From Shigella phage vB_SdyM_006: DNA of 64,000 nucleotides. This document shows, piece after piece, positions 26,522 to 36,064 of the stretch. A program made the position numbers and the translations under genes. The stretch lies in the sequence record MK295204; one strand, given 5' to 3'. Every line of letters begins with the position of its first letter. The stretch's first letter is position 1. Below the pieces are notes generated by a model. It worked only from the letters and a program-made list of their open reading frames with translations, searched no databases and was not told the origin of the DNA.

Positions 26522-26955
26522 AACCGTCTCCTTAAAGATGTCAATATACCACAGAATTCTTGGTTTGTTAATATAGTTTCGAACTTATTTTCGCATCCTA
26601 TAGTATGAACTAATGTTTTATCGCCTGTTGCTCTCAGAGCATCTCTGAATGATTTATTCTGATTAAACATATGAATATATGCTCTGACTAGTAAACGTTT
26701 GTAGGCTTCACTGTGACGATTAATAGGGCATCCATTATACCACATAGTGTCATTTTTCATTTTAGGACCAGCTAATTTGGCCTTTAATCCATGCAGTTTA
26801 AACACTTCAGATTGTTCTTTAGGGTCTTTAATTTTTAATCCTTGTAAAAATCCTTCTATACTGCCAAAGAGCTGATTGTCCATTTTAAAAGGATGCTCAG
26901 CAAAATTACTTAAAGCACATGAAGGCCAAGGGCCTCTAGAATGAATATCAATCAT
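26518..26955 (-). CDS. NADAR (YbiA-like) domain protein
   Basis: LSNF..PF, S.E.F.Q..K and MFNQN..FRDALRATGDKTLVH align with E. coli YbiA motifs FSNF..P, TSEHYFQAQKF and KFEQH..LRALLLATAPAKLVEH. Confidence 0.7.
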   Translation of the reverse strand: MIDIHSRGPWPSCALSNFAEHPFKMDNQLFGSIEGFLQGLKIKDPKEQSEVFKLHGLKAKLAGPKMKNDTMWYNGCPINRHSEAYKRLLVRAYIHMFNQNKSFRDALRATGDKTLVHTIGCENKFETILTNQEFCGILTSLRRRL

Positions 26956-26968
26956 ATATCCTCTAAAC

Positions 26969-26992
26969 CAAAAAAGGAGACCGGAGTCTCCT
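26969..26992 (-). terminator. intrinsic terminator (tetraloop family)
   Basis: Minus strand AGGAGAC-TCCG-GTCTCCT then TTTTTT. Confidence 0.55.
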
Positions 26993-26999
26993 TAATCAT

Positions 27000-27236
27000 T
27001 TATAGTGTCACCAAATCCAAGATACGCTCTATTTGGTCAATAATTGCTTTGCCAGAGTCATTATCGTAAACAAACTTTGTTAATGCTATATTTCTTATAG
27101 TAGTTGTTTTTGCTAATTCTTTAAGATCGTTATTAAAGAAATAAAGTGCGTCGGCTTCATTGTCGAAATACTTATTATAAACCTTTTTTTCTTTAACAAT
27201 TCTGTATACTAAATTATATTGAGTTGATGTTGACAT
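27000..27236 (-). CDS. hypothetical protein (78 aa)
   Basis: ATG with GGAGG RBS; early promoter upstream. Confidence 0.5.
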   Translation of the reverse strand: MSTSTQYNLVYRIVKEKKVYNKYFDNEADALYFFNNDLKELAKTTTIRNIALTKFVYDNDSGKAIIDQIERILDLVTL

Positions 27237-27264
27237 TTTAGACCTCCGTTATTAATTGTGATCT

Positions 27265-27294
27265 ATAATATCCTTTTTTAAAAGAGAAGTAAAC
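27265..27294 (-). promoter_or_regulatory. T4-type early promoter
   Basis: Minus strand GTTTAC, 18 nt, TATTAT, immediately after terminator. Confidence 0.5.
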
Positions 27295-27313
27295 ACTTAT
27301 TTTCAATAAAACC

Positions 27314-27336
27314 AAAAAAGGAGACCGAAGTCTCCT
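27314..27336 (-). terminator. intrinsic terminator (UUCG tetraloop family)
   Basis: Same hairpin as 22388..22410. Confidence 0.6.
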
Positions 27337-27342
27337 TAAATT

Positions 27343-27474
27343 TATTTCTTGTTTCCTAAATTAGCTAAAAACTTAGCTCGCCCATTTTCTTGTCGTTTAA
27401 CAAATCCAACCAGTTTGTCTAGGTCTTGGTTAATACGTTTATTTGTTTTTCGTTTGTAACCTTTACGTGCGGAC
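27343..27474 (-). CDS. small basic protein (43 aa), not in ORF track
   Basis: ATG at 27474; translation MSARKGYKRKTNKRINQDLDKLVGFVKRQENGRAKFLANLGNKK. Confidence 0.3.
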
Positions 27475-27485
27475 ATAGTAATTCC

Positions 27486-27731
27486 TTATTTCAATGTAAC
27501 AATATAATGACGAACAGCTTTACGTGCATTAGAACTTAAATGCTTAGCATATTTTAAATTATCATTTTCGATAAGCTCTTGGTGAAGATTTTTTTGTTCT
27601 GGATTTAAGTGTTTAAAACCTTCAAGAACTTTAAGTGCTTCAGCCAGAACATCGATTGATGCACCATAGTTTTCATGGCCATTTTGGAAAGAATTACGTT
27701 GGATATCTAAAATTGTTTTTACAAAAGTCAT
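27486..27731 (-). CDS. hypothetical protein at the rIII position
   Basis: 81 aa directly downstream of gp31 in transcription order (T4 rIII 82 aa); synteny only. Confidence 0.4.
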   Translation of the reverse strand: MTFVKTILDIQRNSFQNGHENYGASIDVLAEALKVLEGFKHLNPEQKNLHQELIENDNLKYAKHLSSNARKAVRHYIVTLK

Positions 27732-27804
27732 AGATGCCTCAAAAATGCGAGGTTAATATTTAGTGGTCATAATGACCACCGGTTTAGAACACATGTTCAT
27801 ATAG

Positions 27805-28122
27805 TTATTTATACACTGCTGCAATAGATTTATAATGAGCAGTAATAAATTTTATTGGGAATTCACTAGCTTTTTTATCATTAAAAACAGTTTCTGGATG
27901 AGGAACATTACGCATGTTACCTGTAGGTAAAGGGACCTTATCACCGATCTCAAAATAACCTTGAGGAACACAATCACCAATGGCATAAATTTCACCATAT
28001 TGTGGTAATTCACCTTGTTGACGAACACCAATAACAATACCTGAAGCCGAAACTTCTTCGGTCCCAGCTGATTCTGCTTTTGCTGCTATAATAACGCTTT
28101 CACCTAATGCTTTAATATCCAT
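27805..28122 (-). CDS. 31: co-chaperonin gp31 (GroES-like)
   Basis: 105 aa; RNVPHP and C-terminal HYK resemble T4 gp31. Confidence 0.8.
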   Translation of the reverse strand: MDIKALGESVIIAAKAESAGTEEVSASGIVIGVRQQGELPQYGEIYAIGDCVPQGYFEIGDKVPLPTGNMRNVPHPETVFNDKKASEFPIKFITAHYKSIAAVYK

Positions 28123-28451
28123 TAAACCAACCTTAAAATGTCTTCATACTTCATAGAATTAACAGAAATAATTGATTCTGTTGTAATAGAACGCCATGCA
28201 TTAATCTCTGTATCAAATACTCGGATATATGATGGTGTTTTTGTTTCTTTTTCTGTTAAAGGTTTAGAACTATCTTGTTTAGGATGATGTTCTTCAGGAA
28301 TAATATCATAATCTAGTGTACAGCGAATAACTCTAATAGAACCATCTTTTTTAGTAAAAACAATTTCATTTTTACCATTATGTAGTAAGGTTTTAATTAA
28401 AGCAGTTAATTTAGCTTTTCTTTCTTCTGTAAGTTTCATTTTACACCACAA
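28122..28451 (-). CDS. hypothetical protein (109 aa)
   Basis: ORF between cd and gene 31. Confidence 0.45.
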   Translation of the reverse strand: MWCKMKLTEERKAKLTALIKTLLHNGKNEIVFTKKDGSIRVIRCTLDYDIIPEEHHPKQDSSKPLTEKETKTPSYIRVFDTEINAWRSITTESIISVNSMKYEDILRLV

Positions 28452-28987
28452 TAGTTAGTTATAGTAGACCAATCAATATGATTGAGATTAGAACGCTCAT
28501 ATTTAATAACTTCAATTCCAGAATCTAATAAAATCTGGTCCCATCCAGGAACATTGCGATCATATGTTTCTGCATAAACAAGTTTTTTAATACCAGATTG
28601 AGCAATCGCTTTAGCACAATCAGGACATGGCGATAATGTTACATACATTGTTCCGCCATCAATAGAAATACCATTACGAGCAGCAAAAATAATTGCATTT
28701 AATTCTGCATGGATTTCATGTTTAGAAGACCATGCATTATGTTGCTCACGGAATTCCATATTTAATCCTGTAATAGTTTTAGGACGAGGACCTGGAACAA
28801 TAATAGGTTTAGTCCAACCTTTTTCTGCTGCATGGTCGCAGCAATTGACGCCACCAGTAGGAGAACCATTATAACCAGTAGAAATGATTCTTCCACCTTT
28901 TTCAATAACAGCACCAACTTTCCAAGAAACACATTTAGATTCTTGAGAAATGATATAAGCAAGTTGGAGATATGTCGAAGCTTTCAT
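28436..28987 (-). CDS. cd: dCMP deaminase
   Basis: Zinc-binding deaminase motifs HAELNAI and PCPDCA. Confidence 0.9.
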   Translation of the reverse strand: MKASTYLQLAYIISQESKCVSWKVGAVIEKGGRIISTGYNGSPTGGVNCCDHAAEKGWTKPIIVPGPRPKTITGLNMEFREQHNAWSSKHEIHAELNAIIFAARNGISIDGGTMYVTLSPCPDCAKAIAQSGIKKLVYAETYDRNVPGWDQILLDSGIEVIKYERSNLNHIDWSTITNYCGVK

Positions 28988-29273
28988 TAGAACGATCCTC
29001 TATGTATTCTAAACATTTAGACGGAGTTTGAACCTGTACATCATAAGTATGGCTCTCATAATTGAATTCTGCTTTAACAACATATTTTAAAGCATGTTCT
29101 GGGTCCATTAATTGAATTAATGTATGGATTGTTGATTTCAAATTTAATTGAAGTTTCCAATCGCATATCTCAAATAAATTATTTTTATGCCATTGTTCAA
29201 TATACAAACGAAGAAACTCATCCAAATTTTCTGGAGATGCATGATTTAATTCTTTTACAACTTTAATACTCAT
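28935..29273 (-). CDS. hypothetical protein (112 aa)
   Basis: ORF. Confidence 0.45.
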   Translation of the reverse strand: MSIKVVKELNHASPENLDEFLRLYIEQWHKNNLFEICDWKLQLNLKSTIHTLIQLMDPEHALKYVVKAEFNYESHTYDVQVQTPSKCLEYIEDRSNESFDISPTCLYHFSRI

Positions 29274-29275
29274 TA

Positions 29276-29614
29276 TTATTCCTTAAGCATATACATATAA
29301 ACTAAATAGGTTGTGTTTCTAGTTTTTACAATAGCTACTCTATCATCTAACATTTTAAAGCTCTTTACAGTAGATGTACTAACATAAGTTTCATCTTTAA
29401 ATCGATTAGAAATATCACTGTAAATAAGTCCAGAAATACCAAATCTGGCTTCTAAATTAACTTCAAGAATATGCTCTAATTTATCAGACATTCGATGTCC
29501 GATAACAGCTAGAATAGCATCGCATGCACAAGCATTTCGAATAGAAGATAATTCAGATTCTTGGTTTTGCCCTATTTTATCTTCAATTGCGTTAATCAAT
29601 TTTTCTGTTTTCAT
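29276..29614 (-). CDS. hypothetical protein (112 aa)
   Basis: ORF directly downstream of DAHP synthase gene. Confidence 0.5.
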   Translation of the reverse strand: MKTEKLINAIEDKIGQNQESELSSIRNACACDAILAVIGHRMSDKLEHILEVNLEARFGISGLIYSDISNRFKDETYVSTSTVKSFKMLDDRVAIVKTRNTTYLVYMYMLKE

Positions 29615-30585
29615 TATAAGTCCACAATTAATTGTGCAGTGTCAAAGATATCAATACAAGGATCTGTAATTGATACACCCCATAAAAGATTATCGGAAAT
29701 CTTTTGATTACCTTCTATTAAATTACTTTCAATCATAAGCCCAAAAGTATTTTTAGCTTTAATTGCTTCTTTAGCTACATTAATTTGGTTTTTAAAATTA
29801 CCTTCACAATTAGCGTGTGAGCAGTCAACCATAACTGGAATCTCTAAAGACTCAATATATTCTTTAGAATAATTAGTTTTATATTCTTTACCGATTTTAC
29901 CACCACGTAAAATAATATGCGTATTTAGATTTCCACTTGCATAGATTTTACTAATCACGCCATCCATATTAATACCTAAATACGAATGTGGAAAAGCTGA
30001 ACTCTTCATAGCATCTAATGCTACTTGAATATCACCTGATGTTGAATTTTTAAATCCAACGGCCATAGGCAGCCCAGAAGCTATTTCACGATGAGTCTGT
30101 GATTCTGTTGTTCTAGCGCCGATAGCAGTCCAACTAAAAATACCAGATAGATACTTAATAGTAAATGGGTCTAAGACCTCTGTCGCCAAAGGAAGCCCAA
30201 GATTCAATAGTTCTATGCATAAGTGACGAGCAATTCTTAACCCTTCATCCATGTTAAACGAACCATTTAATTCAGGGTCATTAACAAGTCCTTTCCAACC
30301 TACGGTTGTACGTGGCTTTTCAAAATAGACCCGCATTACTAAAAGACATTTATCACCAATATGGTTTTGTAATCTTTTTAAATACTGCCCGTAAATGACC
30401 GCTTGTGCTGGGTCATGAATAGAACAAGGCCCAACAACGATCAGTTTTTTAGAACTCACGCCAGAAATAATATCTTTAACTTCTTGGCGATGATTTTCCA
30501 CTTGTTGCTTTAATTCATCAGAAATTGGCAACTCATCATGTAGCTCTTGTGGTGTGCTAATAGTTTTAACGTGCATGGATATCAT
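29614..30585 (-). CDS. DAHP synthase (type I alpha, AroG-like)
   Basis: LIVVGPCSIHD, MRVYFEKPRTTVGWKGLVNDP, IGARTTESQTHREIASGL match E. coli AroG nearly residue for residue; ATG with GAGG RBS. Confidence 0.85.
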   Translation of the reverse strand: MISMHVKTISTPQELHDELPISDELKQQVENHRQEVKDIISGVSSKKLIVVGPCSIHDPAQAVIYGQYLKRLQNHIGDKCLLVMRVYFEKPRTTVGWKGLVNDPELNGSFNMDEGLRIARHLCIELLNLGLPLATEVLDPFTIKYLSGIFSWTAIGARTTESQTHREIASGLPMAVGFKNSTSGDIQVALDAMKSSAFPHSYLGINMDGVISKIYASGNLNTHIILRGGKIGKEYKTNYSKEYIESLEIPVMVDCSHANCEGNFKNQINVAKEAIKAKNTFGLMIESNLIEGNQKISDNLLWGVSITDPCIDIFDTAQLIVDL

Positions 30586-30901
30586 ATTCCTCTGAATGGA
30601 TTAAATGAGTATCATCTTCGATTTTTAACCATAACGTTAATTTAAAAATACCTAAACGACAACTGATATCCCATTCAACATCTGATTTAAATAGTGTTTT
30701 GAAAATACGATTGACCTGATAAACAATAGCTTCATCAGTAGAAGCATAATCAGAACACATGGAAATTACGCCTTGAGCCATATCTGATATTGATAATTGC
30801 TTAGGAACTTTGTATACATTACACATAAAGAATTCTCCAAGTATATCCACCTTCTGGATATTCACCAATAATAAAATATTGAATACCTTTTGGCGATTCA
30901 A
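30566..30901 (-). CDS. hypothetical protein (111 aa)
   Basis: ORF. Confidence 0.45.
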   Translation of the reverse strand: MNRQKVFNILLLVNIQKVDILGEFFMCNVYKVPKQLSISDMAQGVISMCSDYASTDEAIVYQVNRIFKTLFKSDVEWDISCRLGIFKLTLWLKIEDDTHLIHSEEYDIHAR

Positions 30902-31030
30902 CTGTTACTAAAACTTCATTAATAAACCCAGAATTAATAGTATTGTGTGAGTTTAAAGTTACAGTTGAATCAACTATTTTTTCTGAGAGAGCTTTTGCAA
31001 ACTCTCTAACTTTATTTTTAAACATTATAA

Positions 31031-31222
31031 TTAACCTAAGTTTAAAACAACTTTTTTAATTTCGCAATCAGGGCCGAAACGAGTATCTATTGCATCTTTA
31101 GCTTCTTTGAATGATTTGTACAAACACAAATGTTCTTCTCGTTTTCGTGTAAAGATTCCTTGCGAAATAGAAATACCTTGAATCATAAAAGTATTTTTAC
31201 GAAAAATTGCAAATAATTCCAT
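31031..31222 (-). CDS. hypothetical protein (63 aa)
   Basis: ORF. Confidence 0.4.
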   Translation of the reverse strand: MELFAIFRKNTFMIQGISISQGIFTRKREEHLCLYKSFKEAKDAIDTRFGPDCEIKKVVLNLG

Positions 31223-32220
31223 TAAAAGTCACCTCTATTAACTTGCCAGCACTCAAGTCCAAGAACTCGCCACATATCAACTACTTGTTGACGGTCATCT
31301 AAAACATAAAGAACATTATACCTATTTGCAATGTGTTTGTAAAACAATTCTTTCTTAACAATAGAATCTTTTCTATGATCTTTATGACTACGCATAATAA
31401 GCTTAGAATATTTTACGCCGTGTTTGTTAAGCCATTTTTCGGTCCCAATACGATGCTCTTTTTCTTCACCTTCTTCGCGTCCAGATGTTAATAATATCTC
31501 AACACCTAAATCATGCATCATATTAATATGATTAATAACATTTTGACGAGGTGTATCTTTCCATAATTTATACAGGTCATGTGGGCTACGATGATTGTTG
31601 TCAGCAATAGTTCCATCAATATCAACAATAATAGCTTTAGGCAAATCTAAAGTCTTAGACCAATCAGGAACACCATGCAAGTAATGTTGCATTTTTTCAT
31701 AAAACGAATAAATTACTGCTGGAGGAACTGCTGATTCTCCACGGTACAAGTTTCGTTTATATAGTGTTTCTAAGTCTTCATCAAAATAAACCCAATCAAG
31801 CTGGTATTTAAAGGTTTTAGCAATATCTTTCCATTTATCTCGTGTTTTTGGATTTAAGTTTGTGTCTGACACAATAACAATGCGATGACCAGATTTATTA
31901 AGCCATTCAACTGCGAGCAATTGCTGTTTATCTGTAACTTCTCGCTCACGTTGTTTTGATGGCTTATATTCATTACGCTTGCAATTAAATAGTTCACAGC
32001 GTAAATCATCACGATTAACATTTAGAACAATACCTGGATTAGCAGATACCATTTCTTCAGCCCAAGTAGATTTACCAGAACCTGGTGCACCAACTGTCAT
32101 AATAATTTGTTTTACAAATTCTTCTTTTGGTTTTGGAATATCATAACCCATGTACTTAAGAACCTGTTCATTTTCAATATTAACCCAAGTAATATCATCA
32201 CTTTGCATTGGTACAAACAT
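31222..32220 (-). CDS. pseT: polynucleotide 5'-kinase / 3'-phosphatase
   Basis: P-loop GAPGSGKST, phosphatase DIDGT, C-terminal WRVLGLECWQV match T4 Pnk; true start probably internal. Confidence 0.9.
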   Translation of the reverse strand: MFVPMQSDDITWVNIENEQVLKYMGYDIPKPKEEFVKQIIMTVGAPGSGKSTWAEEMVSANPGIVLNVNRDDLRCELFNCKRNEYKPSKQREREVTDKQQLLAVEWLNKSGHRIVIVSDTNLNPKTRDKWKDIAKTFKYQLDWVYFDEDLETLYKRNLYRGESAVPPAVIYSFYEKMQHYLHGVPDWSKTLDLPKAIIVDIDGTIADNNHRSPHDLYKLWKDTPRQNVINHINMMHDLGVEILLTSGREEGEEKEHRIGTEKWLNKHGVKYSKLIMRSHKDHRKDSIVKKELFYKHIANRYNVLYVLDDRQQVVDMWRVLGLECWQVNRGDF

Positions 32221-32395
32221 AATAATCCTTATTCTTTAATCAAAGAATTCATAAATTCGATAAAAGCTTCACGTGCATCATTGAGTTGCTCAGCCGTTTT
32301 ATTATATTCGTCGTAATCAGTCACATGTCTAAGAGATGTTCCTAATTGTTCGAATTGGCTAAACAACCCATATAAAATATGAAACTCTAGAGGAG

Positions 32396-33109
32396 TCATT
32401 TTAATTCCTGCTCAATTTTGTCAATGATTGCATAAATTTCATGTTTAACTGGAGTAACGGTTTTACCTGATTTTTTAAACAACTTAGAAGCTTCTTCAGG
32501 ATTTGTTTTATACAATTTTTTAGCTTCTTCTTTGATGATAGTGGCTTCTTCAACTGCAGACATAAGTTCTTTAAGCTTTTTACGAAGATCTTCGATATCA
32601 TTATTACATGGAACAAAATCTTTTTCTAAAATCATAAAACGATGCCATTGAGTAACAGAAATTGGGTCAGTTAATTTAAAATCTGATATTTCTGTTTTAC
32701 CAGGAATAATGATATCATTATCAGTCTCAGCAACTTTGACTACAACATGAGTCACTTTGTCATCTTCAATAGTTGGAATAAACCGAGGTCTTAAATCAGG
32801 ATTTGCCTTTTTAGTAGAATGCAAAGAAGCAAATCGTTTAAACCGAGTATCTGTAATACTATGGACAAACGAAGCATCATTAAGCATATATACGTTCTGG
32901 TCATCTTCAAGAATGTGCACATCACCTGGGAGATGTAACATATATCCTGACGATGAAGCAGGGCTAGAATTGAAACCTGGTAAATGATTAACTTCAGAAT
33001 AATCGATCTTAAAAAGACCATCAGATCTTCGTGTTGCATTGACAGTAATAGGGAACACAATACCTGCCATGCTTGCAAAACCATTATGGCTTGTTAATTT
33101 AATTTTCAT
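32396..33109 (-). CDS. hypothetical protein (237 aa)
   Basis: N-terminal GIVFPITVNAT resembles next ORF. Confidence 0.5.
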   Translation of the reverse strand: MKIKLTSHNGFASMAGIVFPITVNATRRSDGLFKIDYSEVNHLPGFNSSPASSSGYMLHLPGDVHILEDDQNVYMLNDASFVHSITDTRFKRFASLHSTKKANPDLRPRFIPTIEDDKVTHVVVKVAETDNDIIIPGKTEISDFKLTDPISVTQWHRFMILEKDFVPCNNDIEDLRKKLKELMSAVEEATIIKEEAKKLYKTNPEEASKLFKKSGKTVTPVKHEIYAIIDKIEQELK

Positions 33110-33111
33110 AA

Positions 33112-33333
33112 TTATTCCTCTATAACTGAAAACTCACGTGGTGTAAAATAATAAGAATCTGTTGATGCGGATTTGTCAAATCCTTTTAATTTAATGAACT
33201 GAGATTGGGCAACGTTGATACAAGCGCTGTTATCACAATCAGGTGTAGCATAGACTTCAATAGGAAACTGAATACCTTCTAAAGAAGTAAACCTGCCATC
33301 ACATAATATTTTTACTTTTATCATAATTTTCAC
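33112..33333 (-). CDS. hypothetical protein (73 aa), paralogous N-terminal domain
   Basis: GIQFPIEVYAT shared with 32396..33109. Confidence 0.45.
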   Translation of the reverse strand: MKIMIKVKILCDGRFTSLEGIQFPIEVYATPDCDNSACINVAQSQFIKLKGFDKSASTDSYYFTPREFSVIEE

Positions 33334-33607
33334 ACTTAGGTTCGTTTAAGTCAACACGGTAATAACATACCATAGTTTTCATTTGTTGTAAATATCTTTT
33401 TACATCTTCAAGCCAAATTCTTAAATCTTGAGAGTCTTTATAAGATAAAGCAACTTGTGGGCCGTCTTTATTAATGACTTTCCATTTTACATCTAATGGC
33501 TGAACAGGAGCTGGCCATTGTGGATGGATTTTAGGCACTTCCTGTGGTGCAGGAACAACGCTATTGCACCCGGTTAATAACATAATAGGAATTATCAGAT
33601 GTTTCAT
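33299..33607 (-). CDS. outer-membrane spanin (o-spanin) lipoprotein
   Basis: Signal peptide with lipobox LLTGC, Pro-rich periplasmic segment; follows i-spanin as in T4. Confidence 0.7.
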   Translation of the reverse strand: MKHLIIPIMLLTGCNSVVPAPQEVPKIHPQWPAPVQPLDVKWKVINKDGPQVALSYKDSQDLRIWLEDVKRYLQQMKTMVCYYRVDLNEPKCENYDKSKNIM

Positions 33608-33963
33608 TTCGTTTCCTCTACAACACTATCAGTGAACTTTTTAAACGAATTATTAATAAGTTTAGACACTAGTCCAGGTTTAGATTCAACGATATGTTCA
33701 CGAGCTGCATCTTTTTTTAGTTTATAAGTTATGCTATTGGTTTCCGTCTGAATAGAACTAAACTTATCGTTTAAAGCGTTGTATTGCTTTATTTGATTAT
33801 TAAGTTTTTCTTTATAATCATCAAATTCTGTATTAAGCTTTTGTAGTGCTTTTTCTGTTTGATCTAGTTTTGTTGCATTTTCTGTGTATAAATGGAATAA
33901 TACCCCATTACTCAAAATAAGAACAAGACCAATAACTAAATAAATTTTTGTGTTCATTGACAC
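33604..33963 (-). CDS. inner-membrane spanin (i-spanin)
   Basis: N-terminal TM helix IYLVIGLVLILSNGVLF then coiled-coil-like periplasmic domain. Confidence 0.65.
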   Translation of the reverse strand: MSMNTKIYLVIGLVLILSNGVLFHLYTENATKLDQTEKALQKLNTEFDDYKEKLNNQIKQYNALNDKFSSIQTETNSITYKLKKDAAREHIVESKPGLVSKLINNSFKKFTDSVVEETK

Positions 33964-34454
33964 ACCTTAAAAATTGTGTTAATGATGTCGTCAGAAGATA
34001 ATCCTCTGAATAGAATATGATTTCTTGATGTTGAAGAACTACAGGAAAAAGAAGGGATTAAAGAAGCCATATCATCGTATGTTAGTTCTTTATGCATAAT
34101 ACCAAGTTGGTGTTTTTCATAAATCGGGTCAACGATAATATAGCATTTATGGCCATTGATATGAACATTAGGCTGTGAAATATTAATAAAGACCTCTGCA
34201 TCAGTGTTAGCTAAATAACTTTCTAAAAATGACTTCATTTCTTGAACAGCTTCAGGTAATTTTTCGCGTCGTTCTTCAGAAACACGATTATTATATTCTT
34301 TTTGTTTGAGTGATTTAGATTTATTACGACCTAAAGCTGCTCTTAAATCAGACAAATAGCCTACGCGTTTAGAGCCTTTCCAAACAGATAACCCATCATG
34401 ACGGTCTCCAAAAGAAGCCACTACCATATCATTTGTAATTAGTTGTAAATCCAT
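33954..34454 (-). CDS. hypothetical protein at the alc position
   Basis: 166 aa (T4 Alc 167 aa) between rnlA and spanins; synteny and size only. Confidence 0.4.
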   Translation of the reverse strand: MDLQLITNDMVVASFGDRHDGLSVWKGSKRVGYLSDLRAALGRNKSKSLKQKEYNNRVSEERREKLPEAVQEMKSFLESYLANTDAEVFINISQPNVHINGHKCYIIVDPIYEKHQLGIMHKELTYDDMASLIPSFSCSSSTSRNHILFRGLSSDDIINTIFKVCQ

Positions 34455-34511
34455 GTTAACCTCTCATTTTCAAATTTGTCTTACTATATTATAAAAATGA
34501 GAGGTTGTAAA

Positions 34512-35630
34512 CTACTTTTTATATACTTCTGGGATAAAAAATGTGTAGTATTTAACAAATAGATCGTTTAAACATGATAATAATACGTCATAGTCAAATC
34601 CATTATACATTTTCATATAGGCAGAAAACACTTGTGGCACGCCTGCTTTATTGAATTCTGTCTGACCATTGATTGCGTAGTCTTTTCGATCTTTTCCAAG
34701 ATTTGCTTCATAAACCATTTTAACAGATTCAACTTGGTCATGAATAGCTTGAGTATAGACTTCTTCAAAGGCTTTAATTTTTTCTAAAGATTCTTGGTCA
34801 TTTGCAAATAATGATTTCAAATCGTCAGAGGTTCCTTCTACAATTGCTTTAAAAAGGTCTTCATTTGAAGTAATAGAATCTTTTGTTCTGTGTAAAGAAA
34901 CATAAGCATAACTTTTTACTTTAAATTTAGTCCCATCAGACATCTGAGCAACAACGCCTTCAATACCTTGTGATTCATAAACACGCTCTACCCAACCTTC
35001 TTCAGGTTCGTATCTAGTAACCAAAATTGGTCTTAATTCTTTAATTGCTTTTAAAGAGTCATAATCAATATATTCGCCGGTTTCATTATGACGAGCATTT
35101 AACAAGATTAAAGCTGGCTCAGAGTATTTAAGAACAATACGATTTGTTGGTGCAACATATTCAAAATTAAAAGTGTACTCAGGGTTATCTTTAATCACTT
35201 TCCTAACTTCAGAATACATTTCACTATTGATTAGTTTACATGCCTCTAGAGCCTGTTCTGAGCTAATAGAACCTTTAGATTTTAGATAAACGAACCCGTC
35301 AACAAGATAAGAACTAATTAATGAGCCGTCAGCTTTATCCATGAGATATTCTACTTTAGAAAGATCTAAATCCATTGTCATAGGATTTTCGTTTAAATTA
35401 AAAAACTTTTCCATAGGTCTAGAAAGAACTTTGACTGGATTATTATCTTTATCAAGTTCAAACATAATACCACGACATTCTAAAGCATCTGGCAATAACC
35501 AATCTGAATATGAAGCATAATTATAATTAAAAATCCTTCCTTTTTTATCTATACTCAAATTTACGTCATTATAGAAAAACTTTGTTCTATCATACTCGCA
35601 TAAAGCCATCAAATTGTCAAATAGTTTCAT
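34512..35630 (-). CDS. rnlA: RNA ligase 1
   Basis: FNYNYASYSDWLLPDALECRGIMFE, RPMEKFFNLNENP, KADGSL match T4 Rnl1. Confidence 0.9.
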   Translation of the reverse strand: MKLFDNLMALCEYDRTKFFYNDVNLSIDKKGRIFNYNYASYSDWLLPDALECRGIMFELDKDNNPVKVLSRPMEKFFNLNENPMTMDLDLSKVEYLMDKADGSLISSYLVDGFVYLKSKGSISSEQALEACKLINSEMYSEVRKVIKDNPEYTFNFEYVAPTNRIVLKYSEPALILLNARHNETGEYIDYDSLKAIKELRPILVTRYEPEEGWVERVYESQGIEGVVAQMSDGTKFKVKSYAYVSLHRTKDSITSNEDLFKAIVEGTSDDLKSLFANDQESLEKIKAFEEVYTQAIHDQVESVKMVYEANLGKDRKDYAINGQTEFNKAGVPQVFSAYMKMYNGFDYDVLLSCLNDLFVKYYTFFIPEVYKK

Positions 35631-36037
35631 TCTTTTTCCTTATGTTGTGTATTCCAATCAGGGTTAAACATTTTAATAAAAATTGGCTCTTCAAGGTCCA
35701 TAGTACTTATTTCCATTTGCCCTAAATCATTTTTAGCCACTAAGTCAAAACACTGACGATAATAAAATATTACAGATTTACCTTGATTTAAAGAATCATA
35801 GATATTTTTAGATTTAGTGGAATCTGAAGTCCAAGTTTGCCTGTTCATGGAAGTTCTGTAATAATTTATCCTCTTTCTAAGATTTTTAGTTTTACCAATG
35901 TAAACTAATTGTCCATCAACTTCTATAGCGTATATTACATTTCTTTTTGTTTTAAGCTCTTTTGGAATAGGTGATATTTCATTATTGTCTAAATTGAGCT
36001 CTAAATATTTTACAAATCCGAATTGTTTAAATGACAT
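35627..36037 (-). CDS. denA: endonuclease II (GIY-YIG)
   Basis: 136 aa, same length as T4 DenA; VIYAIEVDGQLVYIGKT; position between rnlA and nrdB. Confidence 0.8.
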   Translation of the reverse strand: MSFKQFGFVKYLELNLDNNEISPIPKELKTKRNVIYAIEVDGQLVYIGKTKNLRKRINYYRTSMNRQTWTSDSTKSKNIYDSLNQGKSVIFYYRQCFDLVAKNDLGQMEISTMDLEEPIFIKMFNPDWNTQHKEKE

Positions 36038-36044
36038 AAAAATA

Positions 36045-36060
36045 AAGGGCCGAAGCCCTT
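36045..36060 (-). terminator. intrinsic terminator after nrdB
   Basis: Minus strand AAGGGC-TTCG-GCCCTT then TATTTTT. Confidence 0.5.
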
Positions 36061-36064
36061 CTCC

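Noticed and set aside
30819-31025. 68-aa ORF overlapping 30566..30901
   Set aside because: Overlaps its neighbour by 83 nt in a different frame with no clear RBS; left uncalled as ambiguous.
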